The translations under genes were made by a program, and so were the position numbers. Positions 25,593-28,207 of a stretch of 28,207 bases of DNA are shown here, piece by piece (position 1 is the first letter of the stretch; each line of letters begins with the position of its first letter). The stretch lies in the NCBI GenBank assembly GCA_039916745.1, contig JBDSKU010000477.1:1-28207 (forward strand), read 5' to 3'. The DNA comes from Nitrospiraceae bacterium. GTDB taxonomy: Bacteria; Nitrospirota; Nitrospiria; Nitrospirales; Nitrospiraceae. The notes below the pieces were generated by a model, which made no database searches, was not told the origin of the DNA, and saw only the letters and a program-made list of their open reading frames with translations.

Positions 25593-25670
25593 AGACAAAT
25601 CGGCAATCATCGCGAACGTCCTGCTCGCTGCGCCTTACCGAGGCAACAATAGTCTTTCCGCATCCTGGGC

Positions 25671-26519
25671 TTATCCACGAAAGCCTCGGCGAACCACTTC
25701 CCGGTAGAAGATCCAATTGAGCCACCGGCTCCTCCGGGGTGCCCATCGCTTGGCTGCCCCAATGCGTGCCCGCATGACGAGCGGATGCGACCCACCGAAC
25801 TCTTTCAACATGGCATAGTCCTCGAACTGAAAGCTGTCGTGCGCCAGTTGCTTGGCCTCTGCAGCAGGAACCTGGCCTCCATGATAGACGGTCACTTGCT
25901 CCCGTTTTTTCTCCGTCATCGTTTGAGGGTCCTTCACCCACCCATAGTGAAAAACGCGCCCGCCCGATGGAGCAATCCATTCCTTCGGTCCGCCCTGGAG
26001 ATATTGCTGTGTCGCCTTGAGATGAAACCCCACCGCATCGCCACAAGATTCGACTTCACCGTTATTCCGAATGATCCGCACGGCCTTGTGATAGAACCAG
26101 GGATTCGTCGTCCAATAGTCCGCAATAAAATGCAGATACCGAAACAAGAGCCCTTTCACATTAGGATTGCCGAGATGACGGCGCATCGCCTCTTGGATGG
26201 CAGGCAAGTCGTCCTCGTGGACAACCTCGTCAGCTTGAATGTACAGCGCCCAATCTCCGGTACAATGTGACAACGCAATGTTGGTCTGTTGCGCATAGAT
26301 CAGGCCATCTTTCCGCAGCGTCTCATCCCAGATTGACTCCACGATTTTGACCTTTGGGTCGCCGATCGAGCGAATCAGCTCCAGCGTACCATCGTCACAT
26401 CGCCCGACATTCACGATGAATTCATCGACCACTGGCAAAACAGAACGAATGGACTCTACGACCGGATAGTCGTACTTCACCACGTTCCGCACAAATGTAA
26501 ACCCGCTGACCTTCATCAT
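25671..26519 (-). CDS. Glycosyltransferase family 2-like
   Basis: VSGFTFVRN, YPVVESIRS, QQTNIAL, WALYIQADEV (DxD-like ADE), FHYGWVK. Confidence 0.85.
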   Translation of the reverse strand: MMKVSGFTFVRNVVKYDYPVVESIRSVLPVVDEFIVNVGRCDDGTLELIRSIGDPKVKIVESIWDETLRKDGLIYAQQTNIALSHCTGDWALYIQADEVVHEDDLPAIQEAMRRHLGNPNVKGLLFRYLHFIADYWTTNPWFYHKAVRIIRNNGEVESCGDAVGFHLKATQQYLQGGPKEWIAPSGGRVFHYGWVKDPQTMTEKKREQVTVYHGGQVPAAEAKQLAHDSFQFEDYAMLKEFGGSHPLVMRARIGAAKRWAPRRSRWLNWIFYREVVRRGFRG

Positions 26520-26541
26520 GCCTGCCGCTCTACCGCTAGTC

Positions 26542-27315
26542 TCATGACTTCACCGTCATATCACGGTCTCGATCCAACTCCCAGAATTTCGCATACTTCA
26601 TGAAGGTGTAATAGGCATAGAGTCCGGAAAGAATCAAGCCGGGCATCCCGTCGAGGAAGCCCACATGCTGCACATACATTTTGAGAAACGCTCCGAGCGG
26701 ATGGGTGATCAGTTGATGAGAGGAAAACCGCTTGCCCCGCTCCACCATGCGACGGGCCATCAAATCCGAGTAGCGATCCTGTTTCGCCACATAGTGATCG
26801 ATGTCGCGGAAGGGATACTGCAATGCGGGGCGCGTGAGATGTCCGACCGCCCCCTCACAATCGAAGCTCTCATGGACCAGCTCTTCGCGATACCGGAACC
26901 GTGCCTTTCGAAACAATTGCGGTTGCCGATAGTCCGGATACCAGCCGCAATGTTTGATCCACCGGCCTAGAAAATAATTCTTTCGTGGGACAAAGTAGGC
27001 ATCTGCCTCCGGTCCACGCTCAAGCAACAACCGGATCTCTTCCTTAAGCTCAGGCGTCATCCTCTCATCGCTATCCAGGCTGAACACCCACTCATGGGTC
27101 GTAAGGGCGACAGCCTGATTGCGCAAATCGCCGAACCCACTGAAGTCCACCTGATAGACCTTGTCCGTGAACTCACGACTGATCACAGCGGTCTGATCGG
27201 TACTATGAGAATCCACGACGACCAGCTCATCGCCCCAGCCCGCGACAGACTCAAGGCAGGCCCGCATATTGGGTTCGTCATTATAGGCGATGACGTAGAC
27301 CGACAGCTTAGACAT
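26542..27315 (-). CDS. Glycosyltransferase family 2 (WaaE/KdtX-like)
   Basis: LSVYVIAYND, VVDSHSTDQT, FGDLRN, WVFSLDSDER, WYPDY, GFLDGMPG, KYAKFWE. Confidence 0.9.
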   Translation of the reverse strand: MSKLSVYVIAYNDEPNMRACLESVAGWGDELVVVDSHSTDQTAVISREFTDKVYQVDFSGFGDLRNQAVALTTHEWVFSLDSDERMTPELKEEIRLLLERGPEADAYFVPRKNYFLGRWIKHCGWYPDYRQPQLFRKARFRYREELVHESFDCEGAVGHLTRPALQYPFRDIDHYVAKQDRYSDLMARRMVERGKRFSSHQLITHPLGAFLKMYVQHVGFLDGMPGLILSGLYAYYTFMKYAKFWELDRDRDMTVKS

Positions 27316-28207
27316 GAAGCACTTTCAGCGGTGAAGAGTTTCCAACCGCTTGAAGCACCTGCTGCGCAACCGCTTCTACCGTCAGTCTGTCGAGGCAATC
27401 CCAATAGGGACAGGCTTCATAGATGCATTTTTCGCAAGTCGGCACATCGGGGCGCAACACCACTCCCTTGCCGAGCGGCTGCCAGCGAGTCGGAAGATTA
27501 TTCCGCCGCGGATCGAACAGACTGACGTTGGGCACGCCGAACGCTGCGGCCATATGGGCTGGCCCTGTGGCTCCGGACACCACCGCGTGACCAGCTGCAA
27601 TCACGGACATCAACTCGCGCACCGATAACTGCCCCATGAGATTGAGGACCGAAGCGGGAAGCGGCACCGCACGATTCGACTGCTCATTGAACATCTCTGC
27701 TTCCGTCAGGCTTCCGGTCAACACCACCCCCACGCCCTTCCGATGCAACTCATGCGCGAGTGCATGATAATGCTCCACTCGCCAGCGCCTAGCGGCAAAC
27801 CCGCCTGGATGGAGCACCACCCTGGGTGTCGCCAGGCCACGCAACCGCCCTTGTCCCTGTACTCGTTCATCTTCAGTCAGCACGAGGCTCGGCGGAGAGA
27901 CGATGCCAGGCTGTAACCCGAGCCCCGCGAGCATGCCGACGTTGTATTCGGTTTCATGTTTGGAAAAATCTTTCCGATGTTGATAGACCCGACGATTTGC
28001 CAACAGGCTATACCAGCGATAACCCGTCGCCACTCGAAGTGGAACTCGCGCCAGAAACGCCGCCCACATCAAACGCTTGAAGGGCTTGAGAAACACCACG
28101 GCATCGACGGCCCGGCGAAAGATCGACACCAGTTCGCCCAGAGATTCCCGGCCTGTAATCGTCCAGACCTCGTCGAGATCCGGATGGTGCGCCAACACCG
28201 GAGCGGC
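27308..28207 (-). CDS. GT9 heptosyltransferase-family protein (5' end outside window)
   Basis: Frame stays open to the window end (AAPVLAHHPDLDEV...); VLHPG, RRW, GQLSVRELMSVI, VSGATGPAHMAAAFG, RWQP, CEKC...C..CL. Confidence 0.88.
   Translation of the reverse strand, partial: AAPVLAHHPDLDEVWTITGRESLGELVSIFRRAVDAVVFLKPFKRLMWAAFLARVPLRVATGYRWYSLLANRRVYQHRKDFSKHETEYNVGMLAGLGLQPGIVSPPSLVLTEDERVQGQGRLRGLATPRVVLHPGGFAARRWRVEHYHALAHELHRKGVGVVLTGSLTEAEMFNEQSNRAVPLPASVLNLMGQLSVRELMSVIAAGHAVVSGATGPAHMAAAFGVPNVSLFDPRRNNLPTRWQPLGKGVVLRPDVPTCEKCIYEACPYWDCLDRLTVEAVAQQVLQAVGNSSPLKVLHV

Noticed and set aside
25451-25606. 52-aa N-terminal extension of the GT2 in the ORF track
   Set aside because: It is the translation of the repeat element; a strong SD marks GTG 25450 as the start.
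25510-26046. 178-aa minus ORF ending inside the repeat
   Set aside because: Alternate frame of the GT2 at 25671-26519 running into the repeat; no independent support.

Overview
A ~28 kb cell-surface glycan locus with every credible gene on the minus strand (transcribed right to left). Taxonomy is probably Nitrospira-like; this is an inference from the intergenic repeat family and regulator style. Block 1 (~18.2-28.2 kb) is an LPS core-type cluster: two GT9 heptosyltransferase-like genes, four GT2, two GT4, one GT-B of YkvP/CgeB type and a SAM methyltransferase. It is interrupted by two diverged copies of a ~125-bp palindromic MITE/REP-like element. Block 2 (~16.6-18.1 kb) is regulatory: a winged-helix plus Rossmann-like regulator with an upstream palindrome, ops-like motifs, a 16-codon leader ORF and a UpxY/NusG-paralog antiterminator. 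Block 3 (1-16.6 kb) has a methyltransferase-GT2 fusion, a methyltransferase and a pseudaminic acid pathway (pseB, C, F, G, I) with a formyltransferase where pseH usually sits. It continues with an extended tailoring module: Gfo/Idh/MocA oxidoreductase, second PLP aminotransferase, GNAT, orphan GT-B-like protein, two N-acetyl-sugar amidotransferases (one with a degenerate PP-loop) flanking HisH/HisF paralogs, and a 2OG-Fe(II)/PhyH-like dioxygenase missed by the ORF track because it runs off the left edge. The most interesting signal is the predicted route to a heavily modified (formyl, extra amino, acetamidino) nonulosonic acid. Several ORF-track starts were corrected using overlaps and SD sequences. 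No homology searches were run; product calls rest on recognised motifs.
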